Source of the DNA: Candidatus Levybacteria bacterium CG2_30_37_29
GTDB lineage: Bacteria; Patescibacteriota; Microgenomatia; Levybacterales; GWA1-39-11
Direction of reading: 5' to 3'
Assembly (NCBI GenBank): GCA_001873215.1
Contig: MNYS01000002.1
Location: 28,395-92,394, forward strand
Length of the DNA: 64,000 nt
Part shown: one piece after another, positions 27,595 to 37,059 of the stretch
Layout: each line of letters opens with the position of its first letter
Position numbering within the stretch: the stretch's first letter is position 1
Position numbers and translations under genes: made by a program
Notes under the pieces: model-generated
The model's database searches: none
Told to the model about the DNA's origin: nothing
What the model saw: only the letters and a program-made list of their open reading frames with translations

Positions 27595-29994
27595 ATGATA
27601 AAATCTGTAATAAAACCAAAAGAAAAACTTATTCCGGTTATTCCGATAAGAGACGGAATTGTTTTTCCGCACACAGAAAGCATCCTTACGTTCGGACGCC
27701 CGAAAAGCCTTGCCGCTCTTGAGACAGCATTTAACGGCGAAAGAGTTGTTTGCTTTGTCCTCCAGAAAAACCCCAAACAAAATGATCCGGAGCCGGAGGA
27801 TTTGTATACAATCGGTACCGTTTCCCATATTGAAAGGATGATTAGAACAGAAGGAGAGGTAAACGCTCTTGTGAGGGGTCTCTCCCGTGCAAAAATTGTT
27901 TCATATGATGACCGAGGCGGATATTTTCTTGCACAAATTGAAGAAATTGATGAGGATATTAACGATGCTCCCGAAATAAAAGCACTCTCAAACCATCTTA
28001 TTGCAGAATTCAAAAAAGCCCTCGGTCTTGGAAAACAAGCCGACTTTTTGGTTTTTATGAATATTATGTCAGACATTACGCCTGATTCTCTTGCAGATCA
28101 GATTGCATCTACGTTGGACATTAAAGGAAGTGAAAGGCAGGATATTCTTGAGACTATAAATATCAAAAAAAGACTTGAGAAAATATCCGGATATCTTTCG
28201 CGGGAAGTTAAAGTCCTGGAACTTGAAAGGAAAATTTCAAGCAAGACTCAAGAACAATTTGAAAAAGGAGCAAAAGAGGCAATACTTCGTGAAAGAATAA
28301 AAACAATAGAGAAAGAGCTTGGGGAGGATGATGGCGGTGAGATAAAAGAGCTTTTGATGAAAATAAAAGCTGCGGGAATGCCTGAGGATGTTGAAGAAAA
28401 AGCGCATAAAGAGCTTAAAAAATTACAGCAAACAACACCTTACAATCCTGAAGCCGGATATATACGAAATTATCTTGAATGGCTTGTTTGTCTGCCATGG
28501 AGTAAGAAAAGTAAGCATACAGTAGACATAAAACAAGCGGAAAAAATACTTGACCAGGAACATTATGGACTTGCAAAAGTAAAAGAGCGGATGGTTGAAT
28601 ATTTGGCTGTTCACAAACTTTCAGGAAAAATGAAAGGCCCTATTCTCTGTTTTGCAGGACCGCCCGGAGTTGGAAAAACTTCAATTGGTAAATCTATTGC
28701 AAAAGCATTGGGCAGAAAATTCGTAAAAGTTTCGCTTGGAGGAATACGGGATGAAGCAGAAATTAGGGGACATAGAAGAACTTACGTGGGAGCATTGCCT
28801 GGAAGAATTATACAGGGAATAAAAGACGCCGGAACAAAAAACCCAGTATTTATGCTTGATGAAATAGATAAGGTGGGCGCGGATTTTCGCGGCGACCCGT
28901 CAAGCGCGCTTCTTGAAGCGCTTGATCCCGAACAAAACAATGGTTTTTCCGATCATTATCTTGACGTACCTTTTGATTTATCAGACGTTATTTTTATAAC
29001 AACTGCAAATATGCTTGATACAATTCCTCCGGCATTGCGTGACAGACTCGAAATTATAAATTTTGCAGGATATACGGAAGATGAGAAATTTCATATCGCA
29101 AAACAGTTTTTGGTAAAAAAACAATTAGAAATGCATGGGCTTAAAGACACAAATCTTGAAATAAAAGATGATGCAATTCATTTTATTGCCCAGCGCTACA
29201 CGCGTGAAGCGGGAGTGCGAAGTCTTGAGAGGGAATTTGCTTCAATTATGAGAAAAGTCGCAAAGCTTATTGCTCAAGGTGATAAAACGAAAACAATTAT
29301 TACCTCCAAAAATATCGCAAAATTTTTGGGACCTGCAAAATTTTCAGCAACAATTGCAGAGAAAAAAGATGACATTGGTATTTCAACCGGCCTTGCGTGG
29401 ACTCAGGCTGGAGGAGACATATTATTTATTGAAGTTGCTCTTATGCCGGGAAAAGGGCAGCTATTGTTAACAGGACAACTTGGGGATGTTATGAAAGAAT
29501 CTTGCCAAGCGGCCATGTCCTACATAAGAGCTAGGGCAAAAAAATTCGGAATTCCGGAAAACTTCTACCAAAAAATGGATGTTCACGTTCATGTTCCTGA
29601 AGGTGCGGTACCAAAAGACGGTCCATCTGCAGGCGGTGCGATTACGACAGCGCTTGTTTCAGCGCTTACTAAAATTCCCGTTAATCATATAGTTGGAATG
29701 ACGGGAGAAGTGACTTTACGAGGAAGAATTCTTGAAATAGGCGGAGTAAAAGAAAAAGTAATTGCCGCGCACAGAGCAGGTCTTAAAACAATCCTATTGC
29801 CGAAAGAAAACAGAAAAGATTTGGAGGATATTCCAAAGCAAGTTTTAAGAGAGTTAAGATTTGTTTTTGTGTCTCACATGGATGATGTATTGAAAGTCGC
29901 GCTTACCAAACCTCTTCCCGGATTTAGTCAAATTAAAGGCGAAAAAGAGCAATCGGCAAATATTACCCGTCTCCAACCAACCCCCGCAGATTAA
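27595..29994 (+). CDS. lon: ATP-dependent protease La (Lon)
   Basis: GPPGVGKT, RGHRRTY.GA.PG, LDEIDK, PKDGPSAG, IGG.KEK. Confidence 0.98.
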   Translation: MIKSVIKPKEKLIPVIPIRDGIVFPHTESILTFGRPKSLAALETAFNGERVVCFVLQKNPKQNDPEPEDLYTIGTVSHIERMIRTEGEVNALVRGLSRAKIVSYDDRGGYFLAQIEEIDEDINDAPEIKALSNHLIAEFKKALGLGKQADFLVFMNIMSDITPDSLADQIASTLDIKGSERQDILETINIKKRLEKISGYLSREVKVLELERKISSKTQEQFEKGAKEAILRERIKTIEKELGEDDGGEIKELLMKIKAAGMPEDVEEKAHKELKKLQQTTPYNPEAGYIRNYLEWLVCLPWSKKSKHTVDIKQAEKILDQEHYGLAKVKERMVEYLAVHKLSGKMKGPILCFAGPPGVGKTSIGKSIAKALGRKFVKVSLGGIRDEAEIRGHRRTYVGALPGRIIQGIKDAGTKNPVFMLDEIDKVGADFRGDPSSALLEALDPEQNNGFSDHYLDVPFDLSDVIFITTANMLDTIPPALRDRLEIINFAGYTEDEKFHIAKQFLVKKQLEMHGLKDTNLEIKDDAIHFIAQRYTREAGVRSLEREFASIMRKVAKLIAQGDKTKTIITSKNIAKFLGPAKFSATIAEKKDDIGISTGLAWTQAGGDILFIEVALMPGKGQLLLTGQLGDVMKESCQAAMSYIRARAKKFGIPENFYQKMDVHVHVPEGAVPKDGPSAGGAITTALVSALTKIPVNHIVGMTGEVTLRGRILEIGGVKEKVIAAHRAGLKTILLPKENRKDLEDIPKQVLRELRFVFVSHMDDVLKVALTKPLPGFSQIKGEKEQSANITRLQPTPAD

Positions 29995-30069
29995 CATCCA
30001 GTTTGAAATCTCTAGAAGCTTGACAGGGTACATACTATCCACTAATATTATTTGAATACTTTTTTAAAT

Positions 30070-30300
30070 ATGAAATTAGCAAAAGCTTTTTGGAAAAACT
30101 GGATAAAATTCGGACAAATATTAGGTAATTTTTACGCGCAGGTTTTTTTAACTCTTTTCTATTTTCTGATACTGTGGATGATTGGTATTATTACAAAATT
30201 ATTTTCAGATCCGCTTTTGATAAAACGCAGTAAAAAATCAAATTTTACAGAATGGATACATTCCAAAGATACACTTTCAAGTGCCCGTAATCAATATTAA
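30070..30300 (+). CDS. SxtJ-like small membrane protein
   Basis: W..FG..LG......LT.FYF......G......DPL..K...S...W.....NQY; directly precedes carbamoyltransferase. Confidence 0.6.
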   Translation: MKLAKAFWKNWIKFGQILGNFYAQVFLTLFYFLILWMIGIITKLFSDPLLIKRSKKSNFTEWIHSKDTLSSARNQY

Positions 30301-32088
30301 ATGTATATACTTGGAATTTCTTGTTTTTATCATGAATCAGCTGCAGCTCTTATAAAAGACGGCAAAATTGTCGCTTGCTCCTCCGAAGAACGGTTTTCAA
30401 GAAAAAAACACGATAGTAACTTTCCAAAACTTGCAGTTGAATTCTGTTTGAAAAAAGCAGGAATAGCCGTAAATGATTTGGATTATGTTGTTTTTTACGA
30501 AAAACCTTTTTGGAAATTTGCGCGAATTTTTCAATCAATACTTGCGACGTATCCTTCATCAAGCCGGCTTTTTGCAAAATCAATGGTTACATGGCTTACA
30601 GATAAATTATGGGTTAGATCAATTATTTGTGACGCGTTTAAAATAAATTCTGAGAAGATATTGTTTGTTCCACATCACATATCTCATGCAGCAAGCTCTT
30701 TTTATCCATCCGGATTTGATAAAGCAGCAATTATGACCTTTGACGGTGTAGGAGAATGGACAACTACAACTTTTGGGACAGGAGAGGGTTTGGAAATAAA
30801 CATTAAAAAAGAAATAAAATTTCCCCATAGTCTTGGTCTTCTTTATTCGGTGTTCACAGCATTTTTGGGTTTTGAAGTAAATGATGGAGAGTATAAAGTG
30901 ATGGGAATGGCGCCTTACGGAAAACCTAAGTACCTCTCAAAAGTTCGAAAATTAGTAAAAACTTTTCCTGACGGGTCATATGCTTTAAATATGGAATATT
31001 TTACTTTTCATAAATCGCCGACAAAAGCTTTTGGAAAAAAGTTTGTAGATTTATTCGGGCAACCGCGACAAAAAGACTTACATTTTTTTACAAAAGGCTC
31101 CGGATACCCGAGTTATTTTGGAGAAAAACCGAAAAATTATAACGAGCTTTGTGAAAAAAACCAGCATTATGCAGATATTGCAGCGTCCATTCAGGCATTA
31201 ACCGAGGAGATTCTACTCACTGCGGCAAAAATTTTGCAAAAAGAAACAAAACTTGAGAATTTGTGTATTGGCGGTGGAGTAGGTTTGAATTCTGTTGCAA
31301 ACGGAATGCTTTTGCGGAAATCACCGTTTAAACAAATCTTTATACAGCCCGCATCAGGTGATGATGGAGGAGCCCTTGGCGCCGCACTTTATGTTTACCA
31401 CGCGCTTTTAGGTAAAAAAAGAAACTTTACTCAGGATAATTGTTATTTTGGCGCGGAATATACAAATTCTGAAATTGAAAATTTCTTAAAAGAAAAAAAG
31501 CTTAAGTATAAAAAAATTGCGTCAGAGGAAAAGCTGACGGATTTTTTAGCAGACGTACTCTCAAAAAATAAAGTCGTAGGATTTTTCCACGGCAGAGCAG
31601 AGTGGGGTCCCAGAGCCTTGGGTGCGCGGTCGATACTTGCTTCTCCAGTTAAGAAAGAAATGAAAGAGGTTGTAAATGTAAAAATAAAATTTAGGGAACC
31701 ATACAGACCATTTGCGCCCGTGGTAATTGCTGAAAAAGCAAATATTTATTTTGAATTAGAAAAAAAAGAACACAAGCATCTTACAAATTTTATGCTTGGT
31801 GTTTTTCCTGTAAAAAAAACGGCGAAAAAATTAATTCCTGCGGTGACTCATGTTGACGGAAGCGCCCGTATTCAAATAATAACCGAGGTACAAAATAAAA
31901 GATATTACAACATTATAAAAAAATTCGGCAAAAAAACAGGAGTTTATGTTCTTATGAATACGTCGTTTAATTTAAAAGGTGAGCCTATTGTAAATTCACC
32001 AGAGAACGCTTTTAACACTTTTAAAAAATCCGGACTTGATATTTTAGCTCTTGAAAACTATATAATTTTAAAAGAGGACATCGTATAA
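30301..32088 (+). CDS. Carbamoyltransferase (CmcH/NodU/SxtI family)
   Basis: ILGIS..YH.SAA, EERF.R.KH, HH.SHAAS, DGVGE, GGV.LN, EWGPRALG.RS, RE.YRPFAP, HVDG.AR, NTSFN. Confidence 0.95.
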   Translation: MYILGISCFYHESAAALIKDGKIVACSSEERFSRKKHDSNFPKLAVEFCLKKAGIAVNDLDYVVFYEKPFWKFARIFQSILATYPSSSRLFAKSMVTWLTDKLWVRSIICDAFKINSEKILFVPHHISHAASSFYPSGFDKAAIMTFDGVGEWTTTTFGTGEGLEINIKKEIKFPHSLGLLYSVFTAFLGFEVNDGEYKVMGMAPYGKPKYLSKVRKLVKTFPDGSYALNMEYFTFHKSPTKAFGKKFVDLFGQPRQKDLHFFTKGSGYPSYFGEKPKNYNELCEKNQHYADIAASIQALTEEILLTAAKILQKETKLENLCIGGGVGLNSVANGMLLRKSPFKQIFIQPASGDDGGALGAALYVYHALLGKKRNFTQDNCYFGAEYTNSEIENFLKEKKLKYKKIASEEKLTDFLADVLSKNKVVGFFHGRAEWGPRALGARSILASPVKKEMKEVVNVKIKFREPYRPFAPVVIAEKANIYFELEKKEHKHLTNFMLGVFPVKKTAKKLIPAVTHVDGSARIQIITEVQNKRYYNIIKKFGKKTGVYVLMNTSFNLKGEPIVNSPENAFNTFKKSGLDILALENYIILKEDIV

Positions 32089-32095
32089 TTTAAAA

Positions 32096-32275
32096 ATGAG
32101 AATTTTTAAGTCAGTATTTTTGCGGGGGACAGAAATAAGAGACCTTTTTAAATTTTTGTGGAAGGCAAAAATGTATTTTTTGATTCCATTTGTCGTGATT
32201 TTAATTCTTTTTGGATCGATTTTAATTTTTGTGCAAACAACGGGCGTTGCTCCCTTCATCTATACTCTTTTTTAA
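32096..32275 (+). CDS. DUF5989/SxtK-like small membrane protein (59 aa), not in ORF track
   Basis: DLF.FLW..K.YFL.P......APFIYTLF* C-terminal signature. Confidence 0.8.
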   Translation: MRIFKSVFLRGTEIRDLFKFLWKAKMYFLIPFVVILILFGSILIFVQTTGVAPFIYTLF

Positions 32276-33349
32276 ACCCTCAATTTTTCTTTCACATTCC
32301 TTTACGATAATATTTATTAACTTTTTTGTATTTTTTTCATCTTCCTTAGAATCTATTCCCCAGTAGATTCCGGGATTAATATTTCCTTCAAGAAAATATA
32401 CATTTCCTTCGTTGCTTACAACAAAATCCAAAGCAAATAACGCGTTTTTCCTGTCTAATTTACTTACAATCTTTCGAGCTGTTGTAAGTACATTTATGGG
32501 AATATCTTCGATTTTTATATATTTTACAGTTGCCCCTTGGTGTTCGTTGCATCGAAAGTCGCCTTTTTTTGCCATACGTATGTATTGTTGGATAATTTTT
32601 CCTCTGGAAAAAATGATTCGGATGTCAGTTGCAGTCATAACATTATTAAATTTAAATCCTTTGTCAAACTTTACAAAGGGCTGTATGACAAATGAAGTTT
32701 TTTCCCTTCTTTGAAGTATTTCATGTATGTTCTTTTGGTAACTTGAACCTATTTTATAAATATCTACGCCTCCTGCTCCAAATCGGTCCTTTATAATAAA
32801 ATCCGCTGAAAAATCATTCCTGTGTGGATGGGAGGCTACAAGATTTTTGAGTTCTTTGACGGCTTTTATTATAGAATTTTTAGAATTATAAGCGATATTA
32901 ACAGTAGGAATGCTAAATTCCGGAAGAGCCGTGAATGTTAATAGCTTATCGTCAAAGAGGGGATGAAGGTAAGAGTCGTTAAAAGGGAGAACGCCTGTAT
33001 TTGAAAAAAAAAGTAATTGATTTATGGGTTGCGATGATCTAACGGGTGAGAATTTATTAAATACAAGCTTTGAATAACACTTGTTATTTGTTTTTGTCCA
33101 TCCTGAATCTATATACTCCCAATAACTTCTACATTTTCCACCTGATATGATATCTGAAGTTGTAGTAAGCGCGGCTGAAATATTATTTTTTTTGCAAGTA
33201 TTAAGAAAAAAAGCATACGCATTATTGTAATGTGGTTTTCCTCCCAAAAGAGAGAATGGCATTAGATTTTCGCACGCCTGAGATGAAGCGCTTGTTGCAA
33301 CGCTTTGAGCATAAACAACCAACAGGTCAAAAATGCGAACATTTTCCAT
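32222..33349 (-). CDS. ATP-grasp ligase (RimK/YheCD-like)
   Basis: DDK, IIKDRFG.GG.DI, VIQPF, DIR, FRCN.HQG, ALDF...G..YFLE.N..PG. Confidence 0.75.
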   Translation of the reverse strand: MENVRIFDLLVVYAQSVATSASSQACENLMPFSLLGGKPHYNNAYAFFLNTCKKNNISAALTTTSDIISGGKCRSYWEYIDSGWTKTNNKCYSKLVFNKFSPVRSSQPINQLLFFSNTGVLPFNDSYLHPLFDDKLLTFTALPEFSIPTVNIAYNSKNSIIKAVKELKNLVASHPHRNDFSADFIIKDRFGAGGVDIYKIGSSYQKNIHEILQRREKTSFVIQPFVKFDKGFKFNNVMTATDIRIIFSRGKIIQQYIRMAKKGDFRCNEHQGATVKYIKIEDIPINVLTTARKIVSKLDRKNALFALDFVVSNEGNVYFLEGNINPGIYWGIDSKEDEKNTKKLINIIVKECERKIEGLKKSIDEGSNARCLHKN

Positions 33350-33519
33350 AATATTTGAGATACAAGGTGTAATTCTATTTGTGGGGGAAGAATTAAATAT
33401 GTAAGACACCTTTATTATACGTTATGAGAAGGTTAATAGATAGGGCAGCTTACGATTTTAATCTATAACCCAATGGATAATAGTGTTTTCTAAAAACACT
33501 TTTAAAAATCATGCGTAAT

Positions 33520-33535
33520 CGAGGTGCCACCTCAA
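33520..33535. repeat. REP-like palindrome CGAGGTGCCACCTCAA, copy 1
   Basis: GAGGTG-C-CACCTC; identical 16-mer at 34956-34971. Confidence 0.75.
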
Positions 33536-33676
33536 TCACTTAAGAATTTGCTTTATTAATGCTATAACCTTGAGCGAGAAGTTCTCGAGGTTCTGATTTA
33601 TTAGGTATATTATTTTATGAAGATAGTCGAATTTTGATTAATTGACAATAAATAAATAGTTGTGGATACTTATGTT

Positions 33677-34348
33677 ATGGATAGTTCACAGAATCAAGGA
33701 GAAAAATTCATTTCCTCCGCAGATTCTGCACAGCAAACAAAAACCACAGTAATAGCACAGGTACATCCTATACCTTTACAAAACGCTACTAAAGTGGGAT
33801 TTGATTTTGGACTTTTAAATTCATTATTAGTAGGATGTATTGTTTTTTTTGCACAGTTTGTAACTGAGGTTATCTCTGACGCAATGGTTAACTTTTCTCC
33901 CCAAGGAAAGGATTCACTAATAAGAAATTTTGGAAGGATTAGCTTATGGGAGGAGCCGACATTCGGTCAATTAACATTTTTTGGTTATTTGTATCTTTTT
34001 GTAGCTATTTTTTTTATTACCAAATATCCCCGTATCGGGAAATATTTTGTGATATTTCCAATAATGGGCTTAATAATGGGGGTATATGGACTTCTGATGA
34101 TGTTTGCTTTTGGAGGTTTTACTGTTTTAGTATTAATATTTGACAATCTGATTCCTCCATCAGTTCTATTGCTATATAGAAGAAAGGTTACGCTTTTCAA
34201 CTTTAGGAGTTTTCTAAAATATTATTTATTAATTCTGTTTTTTATCTTATTAGTAAATATAATTGCAAGTATTGCTCAGTTATCCAAAGTTACTAACGCA
34301 GTAAATAATGCAACTCCAGATATGATGATAAAGAATGCAAACTATTAA
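33677..34348 (+). CDS. Hypothetical multi-TM protein
   Basis: Long hydrophobic ORF in variable region. Confidence 0.65.
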   Translation: MDSSQNQGEKFISSADSAQQTKTTVIAQVHPIPLQNATKVGFDFGLLNSLLVGCIVFFAQFVTEVISDAMVNFSPQGKDSLIRNFGRISLWEEPTFGQLTFFGYLYLFVAIFFITKYPRIGKYFVIFPIMGLIMGVYGLLMMFAFGGFTVLVLIFDNLIPPSVLLLYRRKVTLFNFRSFLKYYLLILFFILLVNIIASIAQLSKVTNAVNNATPDMMIKNANY

Positions 34349-34392
34349 GCAGGGTAAAAAGAAAAACGACAGTTATCCCACAAATTTATCTT

Positions 34393-34409
34393 GTGACCCC
34401 ACAGGAATT
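34393..34409 (-). repeat. att-like copy of tRNA-Glu 3' end (17 bp identical)
   Basis: GTGACCCCACAGGAATT identical to 36747-36763. Confidence 0.85.
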
Positions 34410-34461
34410 TAGATCAAAATAACTATTGTAATTAAATTTTTACGGTGTTAATAATAAGAAT

Positions 34462-34929
34462 ATGGCTAAGTTGATGAAAGATTTGTCACCTCGTCGACAA
34501 GTGATTTATTGGATTACGGAATTTGCAGCATTTGATACCGAAAGGAGAGAAAGTAACAAAATGAAGCTTTATGATCTCCACGAAGTGGACTTACTGAAGA
34601 AATTGACTGCGATGACAAATTTTCCGAAAGTTTTTCTAACCAAAGATAAAGATATTTTTAATAACTTCGTAACATTTCTAGAAGTCTTTTCAAATTCTAT
34701 TAATGAAACCGATAAGATTGCCAAAGAAGGTCCAGTAATAGAGTCAAGCGAAAGCCTTGCAAGCTGTCAGTATCTCTTATCACTTGCCGGAGGCATAATA
34801 TCTAGTAGGGGGTTTGATAAATTGTTAACAAACGATAGAAGGAAAGCGTTAGTTAAGAGTTTGAGAGAATCGAGATTGGTACTTTCGAATAAAATTGATG
34901 CAGCCACAGACTACCTGAATATTCGTTAG
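34462..34929 (+). CDS. Hypothetical protein
   Basis: 155 aa ORF, no recognised motif. Confidence 0.65.
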   Translation: MAKLMKDLSPRRQVIYWITEFAAFDTERRESNKMKLYDLHEVDLLKKLTAMTNFPKVFLTKDKDIFNNFVTFLEVFSNSINETDKIAKEGPVIESSESLASCQYLLSLAGGIISSRGFDKLLTNDRRKALVKSLRESRLVLSNKIDAATDYLNIR

Positions 34930-34955
34930 ACTAGGACTAAAAAACAATACTCAAC

Positions 34956-34971
34956 CGAGGTGCCACCTCAA
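34956..34971. repeat. REP-like palindrome CGAGGTGCCACCTCAA, copy 2
   Basis: Identical to 33520-33535. Confidence 0.75.
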
Positions 34972-35045
34972 ATAGATTCAAATCTCCTTATTTACCTATT
35001 AGTAATTTTGGTGATAGGAAATTTAGGTAATTGAATTACGAGCAG

Positions 35046-35330
35046 TTATTTAGATTTGGGTTTAAAAATTCGTGTTATAACAACACATGATACACAATAA
35101 GAGATAATAAATAAACCAATCGTGTATAAATTTAGTATAAAATGGTTTTGTGGAAAAAGATAACAAATAAAAGGTTTAGGCGGAGGGGAATATGGAGTTC
35201 CGTCAAGAGAGGGTATGCGTAGATCAAGACTTATGCAGGGACTCCGTAAAATACCAAGTACTACCCAAAATATAACTAAGAAAAACATCCAGGCAATGAT
35301 TTTCTTCAGTGTCGGTTTAAAAAACTTCAC
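35046..35330 (-). CDS. Small membrane protein
   Basis: KFFKPT..K, 2 TMs, C...PPP..C loop, SY..SC. Confidence 0.6.
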   Translation of the reverse strand: MKFFKPTLKKIIAWMFFLVIFWVVLGILRSPCISLDLRIPSLDGTPYSPPPKPFICYLFPQNHFILNLYTIGLFIISYCVSCVVITRIFKPKSK

Positions 35331-35372
35331 TACTTAGTATATGTGTAAATTTAATTTTATGTCAAATATATT

Positions 35373-35484
35373 TGGTGACCCGACATCATCTCTCTTCGAA
35401 TCATCTTTAGCATGGTTAGAACGTTTACGAAAAGTTTATCTTGACGAAAAAATAGATATATGTGAAGGAGTAAGTGGATATTAA
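35373..35484 (+). pseudogene. Second att-like scar of tRNA-Glu 3' end with a possible orphan integrase tail
   Basis: TGGTGACCCGACA vs tRNA CGGTGACCCCACA; open frame GDPTSSLFESSLAWLERLRKVY...GY*. Confidence 0.5.
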
Positions 35485-35550
35485 CCCGTTTTTAGATTAC
35501 TTTTGATCATTAGCGTGTACTCAATACTTAATTTGTAGTAAAATCACACA

Positions 35551-36624
35551 ATGAATATACGAGAACGAGCTGAGGTAGAGCTTGGTATACAAAATGTTGA
35601 CGCATTTACAGCCTCCTTTGGATCTAAATGTCCTGATGCAATGCAAGCATTGCCAAAAGAAGAATTTGAACCTGCCCAAGCTGCCTTTACTGAAGCCTTT
35701 GAAGATGCCGCAGGACTGACACAAATCGATCCAAGCAAGTTTTTTATAGCTAGAGTTAAAGACAGGGTGGTTAGACGCGAATATTATAGACCTACGCCTC
35801 AGGATGAAGATTCATTTAGGTTTGCGCCTCAGGCATTATGTGAGGTAGGAATTATCAAGGGAAGATTTGGGGTGAACATTGAATGGAGGCACGATGCAAA
35901 TTTCAGACGAGATTCACTAACAGTTTTCCCCTTTGATGACGAAATGAAACTTAGATTAAAACCCGGAGAAGAGCTATCTGTTGACTGGAAACAAGGGCTA
36001 GTCTCGAGTATTGAGCTAAAAACACACAAAGTAGAAAATGGTAAACCCCAATTACACAATGCGTTTGCCACACTCAACATGTTTGGTGATGCGCAAAACA
36101 AAGGGAATGTAAACTATTGGAAAAGCAACTGGGAAAGGAGATTTCAAAGAGTAATCGACCTAGATTATTTAAGGGCAAATCCCAGGACAAGGGATGAAAT
36201 GGATAAGTCTATGGAAATAATGGCTAGAACAGACACGGGGTTAGGAGATTATCCATATACACCGATAAACTTATTGCATCTAGAAAGAAATTTAGACGAT
36301 GGAGAGATAACGATAAATCAAATAAATGTTAATTCTGAAGATGCTAACTCAGAAACAGGAATCACTATTGAAAGATTTGATTCTCCAGAACGAGAAGAAC
36401 TTTTAGATAGTATTTTTATTCCAGAACCTTTCAATCCCCTAGCTTTAATCGCAACAATATTTCAAAGAAACATGTTGAATCAACCTGAAAACTCTCCATT
36501 GGCTTATGATAGAGAATGGCTAAATCAACATTCAATTGTAAGAGAATTAATTGAGTTGAAGTGGATTCGCCACGATATTGACCCGCTCAGGAAATTTTCA
36601 CAAACTAGTTCTGATAGTCTGTAA
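35551..36624 (+). CDS. Hypothetical protein (357 aa)
   Basis: Long ORF, TAAAAT 6 nt before ATG, no recognised motif. Confidence 0.75.
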   Translation: MNIRERAEVELGIQNVDAFTASFGSKCPDAMQALPKEEFEPAQAAFTEAFEDAAGLTQIDPSKFFIARVKDRVVRREYYRPTPQDEDSFRFAPQALCEVGIIKGRFGVNIEWRHDANFRRDSLTVFPFDDEMKLRLKPGEELSVDWKQGLVSSIELKTHKVENGKPQLHNAFATLNMFGDAQNKGNVNYWKSNWERRFQRVIDLDYLRANPRTRDEMDKSMEIMARTDTGLGDYPYTPINLLHLERNLDDGEITINQINVNSEDANSETGITIERFDSPEREELLDSIFIPEPFNPLALIATIFQRNMLNQPENSPLAYDREWLNQHSIVRELIELKWIRHDIDPLRKFSQTSSDSL

Positions 36625-36745
36625 CCCGTGTTAATTGTTTGAACCAGAAATGAGGCTAAAGATTTTTATACAAGAAATACTAGACAATAACTCTTCAAAA
36701 AATCTGAGCTTAGCGGTTCGAACACCTTGCCTAGGTGCTCCCTTC

Positions 36746-36820
36746 GGTGACCCCACAGGAATTCGAATCCTGGTTCCCAGAATGAGAATCTGGTGTCCTA
36801 GGCCACTAGACGATGGGGCC
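36746..36820 (-). tRNA. tRNA-Glu (anticodon CTC), ends ACCG rather than ACCA
   Basis: GGCCCCATCGTCTAGTGGCCTAGGACACCAGATTCTCATTCTGG..GGATTCGAATTCC..GGGGTCACC cloverleaf. Confidence 0.93.
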
Positions 36821-37057
36821 ATTAATTAATTTTTCAATTACCTTCTTACTTTTCAACGATTTAAGATAATATTCTCTTTTTTTAGCTTCAGAATTAGTAT
36901 TATATTCTTCTTTGTATGATAGTTCAAACGGTCCCTTATTTTTAGTATATCGCGAACGGTTCGAATTATGTTCTGCAATTCTTCTTTCTAAATTATTTGT
37001 ACTGCCAATATAAAACATTCCGTTTTTTATACTTCTTAGAATATATAAGAAATACAT
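36806..37057 (-). CDS. Small GIY-YIG nuclease (UPF0213-like); stop codon lies inside tRNA-Glu
   Basis: Y..YIL.S.K....YIGST.NL.RR..EHN....YTK...P..L.Y.E......A..RE..LK. Confidence 0.92.
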   Translation of the reverse strand: MYFLYILRSIKNGMFYIGSTNNLERRIAEHNSNRSRYTKNKGPFELSYKEEYNTNSEAKKREYYLKSLKSKKVIEKLINGPIV

Positions 37058-37059
37058 AT

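Noticed and set aside
30070-32275. Saxitoxin biosynthesis cluster
   Set aside because: Only sxtI/J/K-like families; no sxtA, sxtG or other pathway genes.
36631-36829. ORFs 36631-36822(-) and 36635-36829(+)
   Set aside because: Translations of the tRNA-Glu gene and its antisense strand (MAPSSSGLGH.., GDPTGIR..).
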